This document shows positions 1 through 11,171 of a stretch of 41,429 bases of DNA, in pieces. The DNA lies in the NCBI RefSeq assembly GCF_001194135.2, contig NC_068991.1, positions 29,776,034 to 29,817,462 on the forward strand. Direction: 5' to 3'. The DNA is from Octopus bimaculoides. Taxonomy: Eukaryota. The notes under the pieces are model-generated. The model did no database searches, was not told where the DNA came from, and worked only from the letters and a program-made list of their open reading frames with translations. Positions within the stretch are counted from its first letter, which is position 1, and each line of letters opens with the position of its first letter. Both the position numbers and the translations under genes were made by a program.

Positions 1-1030
1 TATATATATATATAATATATGTATGTATGTATGTACACATAATAGACTAGTAGTTCTGTGTGTGCCGTTTTTAACCATATGTATATTTTCTAGAGATATA
101 TTTTCATTTATTCGTGTTTGAAAGTGGAATTATGTGTGAGGCTATTGCACGGATAACCGTATGAATGTGAGTATATGACCTCATCGCGCGCGCGCGCGCG
201 TGAGTATTTCCATGGTATATTTTTGTGTGTATGTCAGCAGTTTTGGTGACGTCATCGTAAGCATTTTCCTTGGAACGTTTTCGAGAATAAAATGAGAGTA
301 AAAGAAAAAAAACAAACAGCCATTTTTTTATCTCCTCTAAATAGTTCTTTAAAATGAAATATTTCTATGGATTCTCGTGAGACTTGAGAATTTATATTAG
401 ATTTATTTTGTAGTGTTTGGTTCTTTTTTTGTTTTGTTTTTTTTTGTCTGTATGTAGTATATTTCACCATTCCACAATAATATCTTATCAAATTACGGTT
501 GACACATGTGTGTGTACCTCACAGCTTGCTTCAAGAATTAATTGTAAGCCGGAACTATTCAACATTGCAACACACCCAAATGTTAGGACATGAATAACTT
601 GTTAAAATTTAACCGTACTAAATTACTTTTAATCCTTTTGATAAATTTTTGTTGGATTTTATTTCTGTTTAATAATACATTGGCTAATTTTGATTCGGAA
701 GAAGGAAAATGTATTTTTACTCCGAACTGCCTTATTGAAAATTGAATATAGGGCTGGTTGAGTGACTAACCTGTCTGAGAATAACATCGGGAAGACGAAA
801 GTTCATGTCCTGCCATCGGTATGGCGTTGTGTCTGTAAGCCTATATGTTTATACATAAATAGAATGAGCGGTAGAATTGAAATGTACAATTCTCGGAAGT
901 TGTGACCATTTTCTATTTACAAATTATTTCGTCGGTTGCAGGGAAAGTGTTTCACATTTCATTTAGACAAAGGGAATCCAATCTACTCTAAATTCTTCTT
1001 GAAACACACTTAACAGTGAAGTGACAAAGA

Positions 1031-1098
1031 CGACAACGATGATAATGATGATGACGATGATGATGATGACGATGATGATCATGACGATGATGATGATG
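1031..1098. repeat. (GAT/GAC)n trinucleotide microsatellite
   Basis: Run of gatgatgacgatgat visible directly. Confidence 0.9.
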
Positions 1099-1297
1099 TT
1101 AGTAGTGGTGGTGTTGGAATGATGGTGGTGGTGTTGGTGGGGAAGATGACGACGACGAAATATCTAAAACAACCTGTTCGGTGCTTTCTACAAAGCTAAG
1201 CGACTCATCCTCTTTTAACAATGAATATACGCACGAATAAAAATATTTGTATTTTAATCGTCATTAACAGCAACATAAACTACACGCACACCCACAC

Positions 1298-1309
1298 ATG
1301 TATATATAT

Positions 1310-1356
<47 letters not shown>

Positions 1357-1392
1357 TGTGTGTGCATGTGCGTGTGCGCACGTATATATGTA

Positions 1393-1428
<36 letters not shown>

Positions 1429-1446
1429 TGTATGTATGTATGTATG

Positions 1447-1485
<39 letters not shown>

Positions 1486-1520
1486 ATTTGTATACATATA
1501 TATATATATGTATATATATA
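1298..1520. repeat. Compound microsatellite (TA)(GT)(TATG)(TATC)
   Basis: Direct inspection; explains the VCVC/YVCM/LSIY ORFs. Confidence 0.95.
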
Positions 1521-1665
1521 CAAAATATGGGGGTGTAGTTCACAGGTGATTTAAAAAGGATAACAAACACTCAGAAACAGCTGCAAGACTTTAAAATAAT
1601 TTTTAATAATAATAACATATATCACTTGAGATGTCTTGCCTTGGTGTTATCTTTTTAACCAATTC

Positions 1666-1666
<1 letters not shown>

Positions 1667-1746
<80 letters not shown>

Positions 1747-1807
1747 NNNNNNNNNNAAGAAACAGAGAGAGAGAGACAGAGAGAGAGAGACAGAGAGAGA
1801 CACAGAG

Positions 1808-1853
<46 letters not shown>

Positions 1854-1860
1854 ATATAAT

Positions 1861-1906
<46 letters not shown>

Positions 1907-1915
1907 TATATATAT
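1667..1915. repeat. Compound microsatellite (TA)(GA)(GATA)(CA) with a small gap
   Basis: Direct inspection. Confidence 0.95.
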
Positions 1916-2732
1916 GGCTATGTGTGTGTGCGCGTGCGTTTATACACAACACACACATATAAAGCATAGGCTTGTGTACGTATATATGCTCATACACAAT
2001 CACACACACACATACACACATACACACACACAAGCACTAACACACACATACATCTATATACCTCATATATGTATATGTATATCTATATATTTATATCAAT
2101 CACACTCTCTCTCTCTCTATTTCTAGGTTTATCTACTTGTCCATTTATATCTATCTATATCTATATGTATGTATGTGTGTGCATATGTGTGAGTGTGTGC
2201 ATATGTGTGAGTGTGTGCATACACATGCAGATATACATTAAAACAATAAAACAATAACACACACATAAAACCGAAATACACACAAATACACAAAAGCACA
2301 CATTCACACACATGTACTCACACACACAAGCACACGCGCGCGCGCATGCACGTGAATTACTGGAAAGCACGTAGATTATAAAGAAGCCCGATGTCGGGCA
2401 GGCCGACAGGTGGACCGGCATGGATGCAGACAACGTAACTAAAGGCCCGATTGCTCCTGCATCCATTTCATGTAACCAGATACCTTCTAAAGGAAATTAA
2501 AGACTAAAAGAAACAGCGAAGTCAAAGATTAGCCCGCATCTATAACTCCCACAATTCACTTCGTTAAATGTTTTCCATTCTTCTTCTTGTATGGCAGAAA
2601 TTACTTTAACTTTTCCTGATTTCAGCAGCTTTCATTTATTTATTTATTTTGGAGGTGAGGAAGGAAAGGGTTTATGCTGTTTTTTTTGTTTTCCATTTCC
2701 CTTTTCTTTTCCTTTGTTTGTTTGCTAGGTTC

Positions 2733-2742
2733 TTTCTTTCTC

Positions 2743-2786
<44 letters not shown>

Positions 2787-2790
2787 TTCT
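2733..2790. repeat. (TTTC)n microsatellite
   Basis: Direct inspection; source of the KKER/SFFL ORFs. Confidence 0.9.
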
Positions 2791-3677
2791 TTTCTTTTGT
2801 TTTGTTTCTTTGTTTTTTTGTTTCTTTCTTTGTTTCCCTCTTTCCATCGCACTTTCTTCCCTGAACGAAGGAAGAGAAAGAAATATTTTCGCCTATGTCT
2901 AACTACAGCTTTAAAATTACGTAGGTTTTTGCATATCTACCTATGTCTGAGAACACGTGACTGAAAACATTATATTCATACATATATGTATANNNNNNNN
3001 NNNNNNNNNNNNNNNNNNNNNNNNNNNNNNNNNNNNNNNNNNNNNNNNNNNNNNNNNNNNNNNNNNNNNNNNNNNNNNNNNNNNNNNNNNNNNNNNNNNN
3101 NNNNNNNNNNNNNNNNNNNNNNNNNNNNNNNNNNNNNNNNNNNNNNNNNNNNNNNNNNNNNNNNNNNNNNNNNNNNNNNNNNNNNNNNNNNNNNNNNNNN
3201 NNNNNNNNNNNNNNNNNNNNNNNNNNNNNNNNNNNNNNNNNNNNNNNNNNNNNNNNNNNNNNNNNNNNNNNNNNNNNNNNNNNNNNNNNNNNNNNNNNNN
3301 NNNNNNNNNNNNNNNNNNNNNNNNNNNNNNNNNNNNNNNNNNNNNNNNNNNNNNNNNNNNNNNNNNNNNNNNNNNNNNNNNNNNNNNNNNNNNNNNNNNN
3401 NNNNNNNNNNNNNNNNNNNNNNNNNNNNNNNNNNNNNNNNNNNNNNNNNNNNNNNNNNNNNNNNNNNNNNNNNNNNNNNNNNNNNNNNNNNNNNNNNNNN
3501 NNNNNNNNNNNNNNNNNNNNNNNNNNNNNNNNNNNNNNNNNNNNNNNNNNNNNNNNNNNNNNNNNNNNNNNNNNNNNNNNNNNNNNNNNNNNNNNNNNNN
3601 NNNNNNNNNNNNNNNNNNNNNNNNNNNNNNNNNNNNNNNNNNNNNNNNATATATATATATATATATATATATATATA

Positions 3678-4995
3678 CTAACAGGAGTACCCGGCGTTGC
3701 TCAGGTATTAAATACTCGGCAATAGTTTTAATAAGTTCTACCATTTCTTTGTTGTACATCTCTTTGAATATTTTTTTGCGTTAAGTTGCAAACATTGACA
3801 TTGAGGAAGAAGTGATTTTTCCCATAGACCATTAATAAAGTTGTAACAAGGTGAAAAGCCTTGGAGAAACCACAAGAGCATCGCTGGGGGTGCAACAATT
3901 GAATGTAAAGTGGCCCTGTAAAGGGCCGTGTTATCAGTCTCACGATAGCCCCGATAAGGATTGTTAACCGTTCACAGGTATAAACGTCCTTTTTCGTTTA
4001 CATGAAAAGCAGTGGATGCAGTGATGCCAAAACTCAAGCCATCTGCAAGGAGATTGAGAAGCTGTAGTGGACAAAATATAAAAAGCAAGACTTAAGAAAA
4101 ACAGGTAATTCTGAAAGAATGGCGACAATAGTACTCACTTACCATAAACCGGTTCGGCAGGAAAGTTGCGGCATGTTGGACGGACTACAGCACCTCACGG
4201 TAGACGACATTTTTCGTTTTGGCTCTCTGGGCGAACACGAAAAGGTTTTTTTTGTATTCGATTCTTGAGCATCCGACGTATAATTGGCTGTGCGAGAAGC
4301 CTGGTTGGCCTAAATGGAGGCCTGTCGTTGTTAGTGTTTGGCCTTGGGACTTGTTGATGGACATGCATGGCAAAGCAAAGTCGAAGAAGGAACTGAAGTC
4401 GAGGCAAGGGACAGGGGTATTGCTTATCTGATGGAGTAAGAAGTATCCTGGGTACAAAGACGTCTCCGATGCCGCAACTTGTTAGAATTGTTGCTTCAAT
4501 AACATCAGGCAGCACATTTTTTTTACCACTAACCACGTTCCTTTGCACAAACGTGGTGGCTCCAGGTTCCTCAGCAGCATGACTGGAGTTCGAATTTTGA
4601 GGTGCAGCTGATGAGGCGGTAGTCCGGAGGGGTCCAAGGAATTGAGGAATCCTATGGGAAAATTAACGGTCTCTACTTGGTCCACAACAGTGTCCACAGA
4701 CTTGTAGTTTGAAGATTTCCAGGAAGGTTTCGCAGTAGGTCTTCATTGAGTTTCGCAACAAATGTGTTTTTTGGAGCTAATTGGGAGCACAGCCAATTCA
4801 GGTTTTGGTAGTTTATGTGCAGACCGGGAAAAACAGCAGTCGTAAGGTCGTTCGCGGGGTTGAGAGGTGTGCCTACGTGTTAGGAAGCCATTTCTTCAGC
4901 TGCATCGGAGGCAGCTGTGCTATCACCAACGGTCAGAAGTTGCTTGGAGAAGTCACCCGATAAATTGTCGCCGAAAAGCTAGGCCCTCATGTTCG
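3678..4995 (-). mobile_element. Helitron, 3' half (degenerate Pif1-family helicase plus 3' terminus)
   Basis: Minus-strand frames give NMRA*LFGD..FSKQLLTVGD, VFPGLHINYQNLNWLC..APKN, YKSVDTVVD, FLNSLDPSGLPPHQLHLK, MLLRNLEPPRLC, VFVPRI..RLQF..RLCFAM, SINKSQGQTL and QLYVGCSR..KTKNVVYREVL, which are Helitron RepHel helicase motifs, with frameshifts. The minus strand ends in hairpin TACCTG-AGCAACGC-CGGGTA (3707-3688), then TTAG|T at 3678 (CTRR-like, before host T). Confidence 0.93.
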
Positions 4996-5654
4996 GTCAA
5001 AAATGAGGGATTTAAGGACAAAAACCGATTTTTTACTCAGTTTTTCGCAATTGTTAGTCATACACGGATGAAATCTGTGCATATCGGAGTTTCCTAACGT
5101 CATCCTTAGGATGAGTAAATAGTGTGTAAAGTTTGAACGCAATCTACCGAAGCAGTGAGAAGGTTTTGAAGATTTAAAGGGGGAAGAAGTGTATAAAAAT
5201 CGATTTTTTCACAGTTTTTCATGGATTTTGTCACAAAGGGATGGCTTTACACATAGAACAGACATTTGATAGAACCGCTGTTACATGGTGATTTTTTATC
5301 CGTAAAAATCAAGGAAATAGAACTTTCTAGTAAAATGTTTTCTACCGTGTAACTTTGCAAAAATGCGAAAAATCTTTTTTTTTTCAAAGTTTTTCGCAAT
5401 TTTCTTGGGAATCAGCGGCGTCAAGGCAGTGCCAAAATATTTGTCTGAAATGTTGCAACATGACAGTCCTATTGACACCAAAATTTCTAAAAGTCGGGTG
5501 TTCCTGTAAAAGATTTTCCCGCGTGACAACTTCCAGAAATACCTGGTCTGTTAATGCTATCAGAGGGAAGCAATAGCTGGTTAAGGAGGTCAACTGGTAT
5601 CGTAGTGTCATTAATTGGGTCTGTTCTAGATGTATTCAGAGGGGCGAAACTGTG
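4996..5654 (-). mobile_element. One terminus of a CAC-ended DNA transposon (CMC/Chapaev-like, tentative)
   Basis: Minus strand starts CACAGTTTCGCCCCTCTGAATACATCTAG at 5654. Three copies of a subterminal motif AAAA(C/T)CGATTTTTT..CAGTTTTTC(GCAATT) at 5020-5052, 5195-5220 and 5368-5402. No second TIR found. The family call rests on recalled CAC termini. Confidence 0.45.
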
Positions 5655-6959
5655 CTCTACGTAGACGGTCATTCTCGGCGCATTATATACACGTGAAAGT
5701 ATGAAGAATACCTCCTCTCATGTGTTGGGAGAATTCAGTCAATTGCTTTCTTTTAACCAAAACTTCCTATGGAAGATTTTATGTTGGACAGAACTGAAAG
5801 GATTGAAGACAGTTACCATCCACTTCAGCCAAGACCACGCAAACATTTTCAGCTTTCAGAAGACCTTCCTGTTTAAGTGAGGTTCTCTCCTCGAATAAAT
5901 TTGTCGATAGCTGGATGCAAGGGTGGAGGATAATCACACTAAACAGCCTTCACTCTGTAGGTACCTGTAAACCGGGAAATAAAGTTAACGGCGGGGACAT
6001 ACTCTTGATAGAGTAATAACGCATCTGTGGTGGGGGAATCTTTGATCGCCCCTAGATAGTTGTCCCTTATTGTAATATCTTATTTCACATTTTTTCCATG
6101 TCTTTGTTTTTCATAAGCGCTTCTGTGTAAATCTCCACCTCATTTCACTTTTTTATATAATGTATCCACGTAGCTTCCCCTCATCCATCACCTTTGAGAT
6201 AAAGAGATTATTAATATTATTATTATTTTGATTCATCGCGTGATAGAATGTTATAACGAAAGCTATTGTATTCATCATAACCACGTTGATTGTTGTTGTG
6301 GCTCTTATTGTTCTTATTATTAGCAAGACCCTTTTGTCGTCGTTGTTGTTGTTACTGTTGTTATAACAAATGTTGACGGCATTATCATTACCACTGTGCC
6401 ATGGACTTGAAGAAAACAATGCCTATTTTGTTTCATCTTTAGCACTTCCTCCTCTACTGGTTACCCATAAGAGTAGATGGAGGTGGTTTTAAGAAACATC
6501 ACTACCAAAACGGATGGCATTCAGCCTGAGCAACGCTTAACATTTCTAATGGTGAGATTTCCAAACTGAAATTTAATAGTTCCTGTTTATATCAGCTTTG
6601 TTCAAGGAACCAAGTTAGCACAGGATTGTATGACAGTTTTTATGTGGTTTTCATTTTTTGTTTGTTTGCGTTTTTTGTTTTCTTTGCTTCTCTTAAATTT
6701 TTATTCAACATCAGTTTGAGATTAAATATAAATATGTTTATATCATAGTTGTCAAAGTGCTCGTCGTGACTGTCCTCCTCCTCCTCTTCCTCCTCCTTGT
6801 CGTCATCATCACTTGTATTTCCTCCACTGCCACTACTACAAACATCTACTTTACGGCCAATAGAAAATAATCTGTGCGGTCAGGTGATCTGCAAGAAATA
6901 TCAGCCAAAGTAATTTTAAATCATCACCATCGCAATAATAGTAGCAACAACAACAATGA

Positions 6960-7110
6960 TAATCCATTCTATTAAATGCACAAGGCCTGAAACTTTGGAG
7001 GAGGGGGTAGTCGATTACATCGACTCCAATGCATAACTGGTACCTATTTTATTGATCCTGAAAGGATGAAATGCAAATCGACCTCGGCGAAATTTGAACT
7101 CAGAGCGTAA
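6960..7110 (-). mobile_element. tRNA-derived SINE family A, 3' part
   Basis: Reverse complement matches the copy at 18284-18495 (CTGAGTTCAAAT..GCCGAGGTCGA..TTTCATCCTTTC..GTCGATGTAATCGAC..AGGCCTTGTGC). Confidence 0.85.
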
Positions 7111-7213
7111 AAAAAAAAAGACTTTGTTTACTTTCATCGTAAAGTTGAATTTAACGTTAGCATCTTATGAAGCTAAATTTATAAGTTCTAAAATTGCAAA
7201 AGAATTCGTTGCT

Positions 7214-7287
7214 GGGCAGCTTAGTTTAATGGTAAAACACTTGACGCGTAATCACAGAGATGTGAGTTCGAGTTTCATGGCTGGCCA
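7214..7287 (+). tRNA. tRNA-like sequence or pseudogene, CGT anticodon (Thr-like)
   Basis: Cloverleaf: acceptor GGGCAGC/GCTGGCC (one mismatch), D stem GTTT/AAAC, anticodon arm CTTGA-CGCGTAA-TCA(C)AG, T arm GTGAG-TTCGAGT-TTCAT, discriminator A. A box TAGTTTAATGG. T5 run at 7296-7300. Several defects suggest a pseudogene or repeat head. Confidence 0.6.
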
Positions 7288-7489
7288 GTAACGTATTTTT
7301 CTGCAATAAATGTATAATTTAACCTGATCACGCTATTTATAGCATTATCACGCGTTTGCGAAATAATTTTATTTCTGTTCTTACAATACATCTCAACGCT
7401 TTAAAAAAAAAAACAAAAAAAAAACGAACAAGCTAATGAAGTTCATAACATGAACGTTTTTTCTTCTGTCATTTTATTCTTCGTTTATA

Positions 7490-7698
7490 TGTATACAGGT
7501 ATACACATTGTACATACATACATTGTACATACATTGTACATACATACATATATATATGTGTGTGTGTGTGTGTGTGTATCTATGTATCTATATATGTCTG
7601 TATATATAGATATGGGTGTGTATAATACACACACACACTCACACACACACACGCACACACACATATACACACATACACACACACACACACACACGCAC

Positions 7699-7731
<33 letters not shown>

Positions 7732-7740
7732 TGTATATTT
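7490..7740. repeat. Compound (TACA)/(GT)/(CA) microsatellite
   Basis: Direct inspection. Confidence 0.9.
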
Positions 7741-8102
7741 ACACGTCACATATTCGAATAGCTTAGATCGAATGAAACATAGTACTGGCTTTTAAAACAG
7801 CAATACAAAGCAAGTTGTACATAAAGGTATGAAAGCAGAAAGTATAACAAAACAACAGCTTACACTCTTATCTCGAACTAAAATATTTCGAGAAAGTGAC
7901 AAATGCTCGCAAGATAGCGGCTTTTGCACAGATAAGGCACCAGCTAGTAACTATTTTTTATTTGCCCTTATTAAATGCGCTTATCCCCCAAAATATTTAA
8001 GTACAATAATGTGAACTATTGGTTTTGTCCCTCTTTCATTCTTTCTTGTATCCTACTGGTTTTCTAGACAATTTTAGCGTGCACGCACAAACGTGCACCC
8101 CT

Positions 8103-8103
<1 letters not shown>

Positions 8104-8154
<51 letters not shown>

Positions 8155-8258
8155 NNNNNNNNNNNNNNNNNNNNNNNNNNNNNNNNNNNNNNNNNNNNNN
8201 NNNNNNNNNNNNNNNNNNNNNNNNNNNNNNNNNNNNNNNNNNNNNNNNNNNNNNNNNN

Positions 8259-8318
<60 letters not shown>

Positions 8319-8320
8319 GA
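8104..8320. repeat. (CA)n/(TA)n microsatellite spanning an assembly gap
   Basis: Direct inspection. Confidence 0.95.
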
Positions 8321-8514
8321 CACGCACACTCACACACAATCGCAAGCATACACACATAATGCACTCATATATTTACATAACCGAATAGAAATAGATTAAG
8401 AGACACTTTTCAACAAAGTAATATGAAAACACACAAATAGGTAGGTCGATGGGTGAGTAATGAGATTAGATAGGTAAATAGATAGATGGTTAGATGGATA
8501 GACTGAGTGCTAGC

Positions 8515-8629
8515 TAGACAGATAGATAGAGACAGACAGGCAGGCAGGCAGGCAGGCAAGCAGACAGAGAGACAGAAAGACAGAGAGACAGAGAGACAGA
8601 GAGACAGACAGACAGATAGACAGACATAC

Positions 8630-8693
<64 letters not shown>

Positions 8694-8702
8694 GGATGGA
8701 TG
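8515..8702. repeat. (GACA)/(GGCA)/(GATA)n microsatellite
   Basis: Direct inspection. Confidence 0.95.
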
Positions 8703-9377
8703 GTTGTTAGACAGCGTTATATTAGATTAGATAAACGGATAGGTTTTTCACAATTTCAATTATCCAAGTCATGTCAACATCCATCTAGTTCTCTTCGCGT
8801 CCTTATCATGCATAAAGGTGGCGAGTGTTGTCAGCTTTTAACACCATATCATCTCTCTATTATAGAGCCATTAGCAAACCTTTCATTTACTCCTTCTTCT
8901 GACGACGTCGCTTGTTTGTTTGTTTCTTCGTGTTGAAGTAGTAATAGCAGCAGTAGCAGTAGTAGTAGTAGAAGAAGTAGTAGTAGTAGGTGGTGGTGGT
9001 GGTAGTCGTTGATATCTTATTTATGTCCTTGCCAGGTCGTATCGGCACGATAACCACGTATCAATCATGTTGGATGATTGTCTAATGTCAGCTTGTTCAT
9101 GTCATGGGATAGGTGCAATAAATGTCGACTGCCTGCATGACTGGATGTCCGGCAAGGTAGTTGGGTGGCTATGTAGTTGGGTGCCTAGGTGGCGGGAGTG
9201 GCTTGGTGGTAATAGAGTAGAAGGTTATTGAGATGTCTGCAATATGTTCCAGCGGCATCTTTCAAGAACCATTGCAGACATCGATCCAAAGGTTGACAGA
9301 TATCACCAACATTATTGTTCTCATTGCTCAGGGATGTGAATGGGTAGAATGAGTTGAGCGTCGCCAAAATTACTTTC

Positions 9378-9463
9378 TGGTATTTACTTTTGTCTTATTT
9401 GCACCCTGAGTTCAAATACGTTTAGTGCAACTTTGCCTTTCATCCTTCCGAGTTCGATAAAAT
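9378..9463 (+). mobile_element. SINE family A internal fragment
   Basis: CTGAGTTCAAAT..CAACTTTGCCTTTCATCCTTCCGAGTTCGATAAAATA matches the other family A copies. Confidence 0.7.
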
Positions 9464-9494
9464 AGATCACCATCAATTTTGCTGCCCTTATGCC

Positions 9495-9517
9495 CAAATT
9501 GTTGTTGTTGCTATAAC

Positions 9518-9554
<37 letters not shown>

Positions 9555-9577
9555 GTTGTTGTTGTTGTTGTTGTTGC

Positions 9578-9626
<49 letters not shown>

Positions 9627-9697
9627 GCTTTTGTTGTTTCTGTTGCTGTTGTTGTTGTTGTTATTGTTATTATTATCATTATCATTATTATTATTAT
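9495..9697. repeat. (TTA)/(TTG)n microsatellite
   Basis: Direct inspection; source of the poly-N, poly-C and poly-T ORFs. Confidence 0.95.
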
Positions 9698-9698
9698 G

Positions 9699-9856
9699 AA
9701 GGTAGCAAGCTGGCAGAAACGTTAACACGCCGGACGAAATGCTGCCTGTCATTCTTTTGGGGTCGATAAAATAAGTACCAGTTAAACACTTGGGTCGATG
9801 TAATCGACTTACTCTCTCCCTCGAAATTGCTAGCCTTGTGCCAAAATTCGAAACCA
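9699..9856 (+). mobile_element. SINE family A, internally deleted copy
   Basis: Head AAGGTAGCAAGCTGGCAGAAACGTTAACACGCCGG joins directly to GGGGTCGATAAAATAAGTACCAG..GCCTTGTGCC; the B-box segment is missing. TTA repeats on both sides. Confidence 0.85.
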
Positions 9857-10084
9857 TTACTATTATTAATTGTTATATATATTCAAAAAAATGTTGTTAG
9901 TCTTGTTTACACGCAAAACCCTCACGACACATGCTTACACACATACACACATACACACACATTCTTTGCTTTGTCCTGTACTGTCCATAACGCTTTCCTT
10001 AATATAAACCCTTGTGGTTTATAAAGAAATCATCATCATCATCATCATCATTATTATTATTATCGTTAGTGGTCTTGAATGTGA

Positions 10085-10960
10085 GCAAGAAGAAAGGCGT
10101 CGGTGGAGCCTTCAGATTTAGTGGTATATTTGTTCCGACAGGGGCCATCCGGCCGGATTTCCTTGGATGGCAAGAGAGGCTTAGCTGGGAAGATCTAGCT
10201 CCTTAGTGCTATTGGGCGATTATCTGGGAATAGCTGAAAGGGAAGTGGAGTGCAAAGGCCTTGCAATCTTTCTCAGGCACTATCAACTCTCTGAGTCTTA
10301 GCCTCAATTTCCTGAATACACCAACGTCGAGTTGTTGAAATCGCAATGGGTCACTCAGGTCAAATGTAGATAGAGCTTTTATGAGGTTAATAGAGTGGCA
10401 CAGTTAAGTTGTTCATATTTTCAGATCGTTGGCTATTCAGACCACAAATTTGGAACCTTTTCAGTCAACCTAGTAAAGGCGAATTGACAACGACACGGTT
10501 ACTGAAAGACGAACGGAAAATGTTCAGGGATCGGATAAGTTTACAAGTTAAGTGGCAATGAACAGAAGCTGTCATCACCAACAGATTGTAGGTTTCAATA
10601 AAAAAGAAAATCAGAAAAGCATCTTTAAGTTTTTACAAATAAATTACTATAAAATAAAATGTAATAGAAAATAAACAAGTTAGTAGTTCAGAAGAGGGAT
10701 AGCCAGCGACGTGCTAGCGGCGAGAGATAGATACCCTCGATAATTTCTCCGTCACGAAACACGAAAGTTGCATTGTCTGGGCTAGGATGCATGCGCTGAG
10801 ACATGTAAGCTCAAAAATCGTCGGTTGCATCCGTGTGACGGAGCCACAGCACTGCCGCAAAGCGAGAATTTGGTTTGTGGAGGAGCATAGCAGCCGTGTG
10901 CTCTCTGATTCCATGCAGATGAAGAAGGTTTTTGACAGCAGTTCGCCAAACTGGTCTCTG
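10085..10960 (+). mobile_element. Degenerate L1/Tx1-clade LINE ORF2 fragment (AP endonuclease plus linker)
   Basis: Across frameshifts: GGAFRF..PTGAIRPDF, SLVLLGDY (LLGD at 10209-10220), LRSNVDRAF, FQIVGYSDHKF (SDH at 10437-10445), GY*KTN, then FRDRISLQVK..AVITNR and KHESCIVWARMHAL. This is the APE motif order GD..DR..SDH..YWK typical of L1/Tx1. Confidence 0.7.
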
Positions 10961-11171
10961 TTTCACTATTTGAGATTTCTATATTTCTTTATCATTTTGA
11001 AGTCTATTTTTATATTTTTGTAACATTCTCATTGTTGTTGTTGTTTCCCTTTTCATCCGCATACACTAAATCATTTTGCTCGTTCTATTTCCATCTTTGA
11101 TGTTGTCCTCAGTGAGGCAGGCCCTTGTAACGAATACAAGAAATTATTGTTGTTGCTGTTGTTGTTGTTAT

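Noticed and set aside
176-254. CRE-like TGACCTCA (176-183) and TGACGTCA (247-254) around a (CG)8 run (185-200)
   Set aside because: Short motifs are expected by chance, and no promoter or gene nearby supports a regulatory call.
6420-6650. Protein-like frame HFLLYWLPIRVDGGGFKKHHYQNGW
   Set aside because: It has an internal stop, no motif I recognise and no splice context.
9020-9380. Non-repetitive GC-richer stretch with a 60-aa minus-strand ORF
   Set aside because: No recognisable domain; may be a decayed TE fragment but cannot be assigned.
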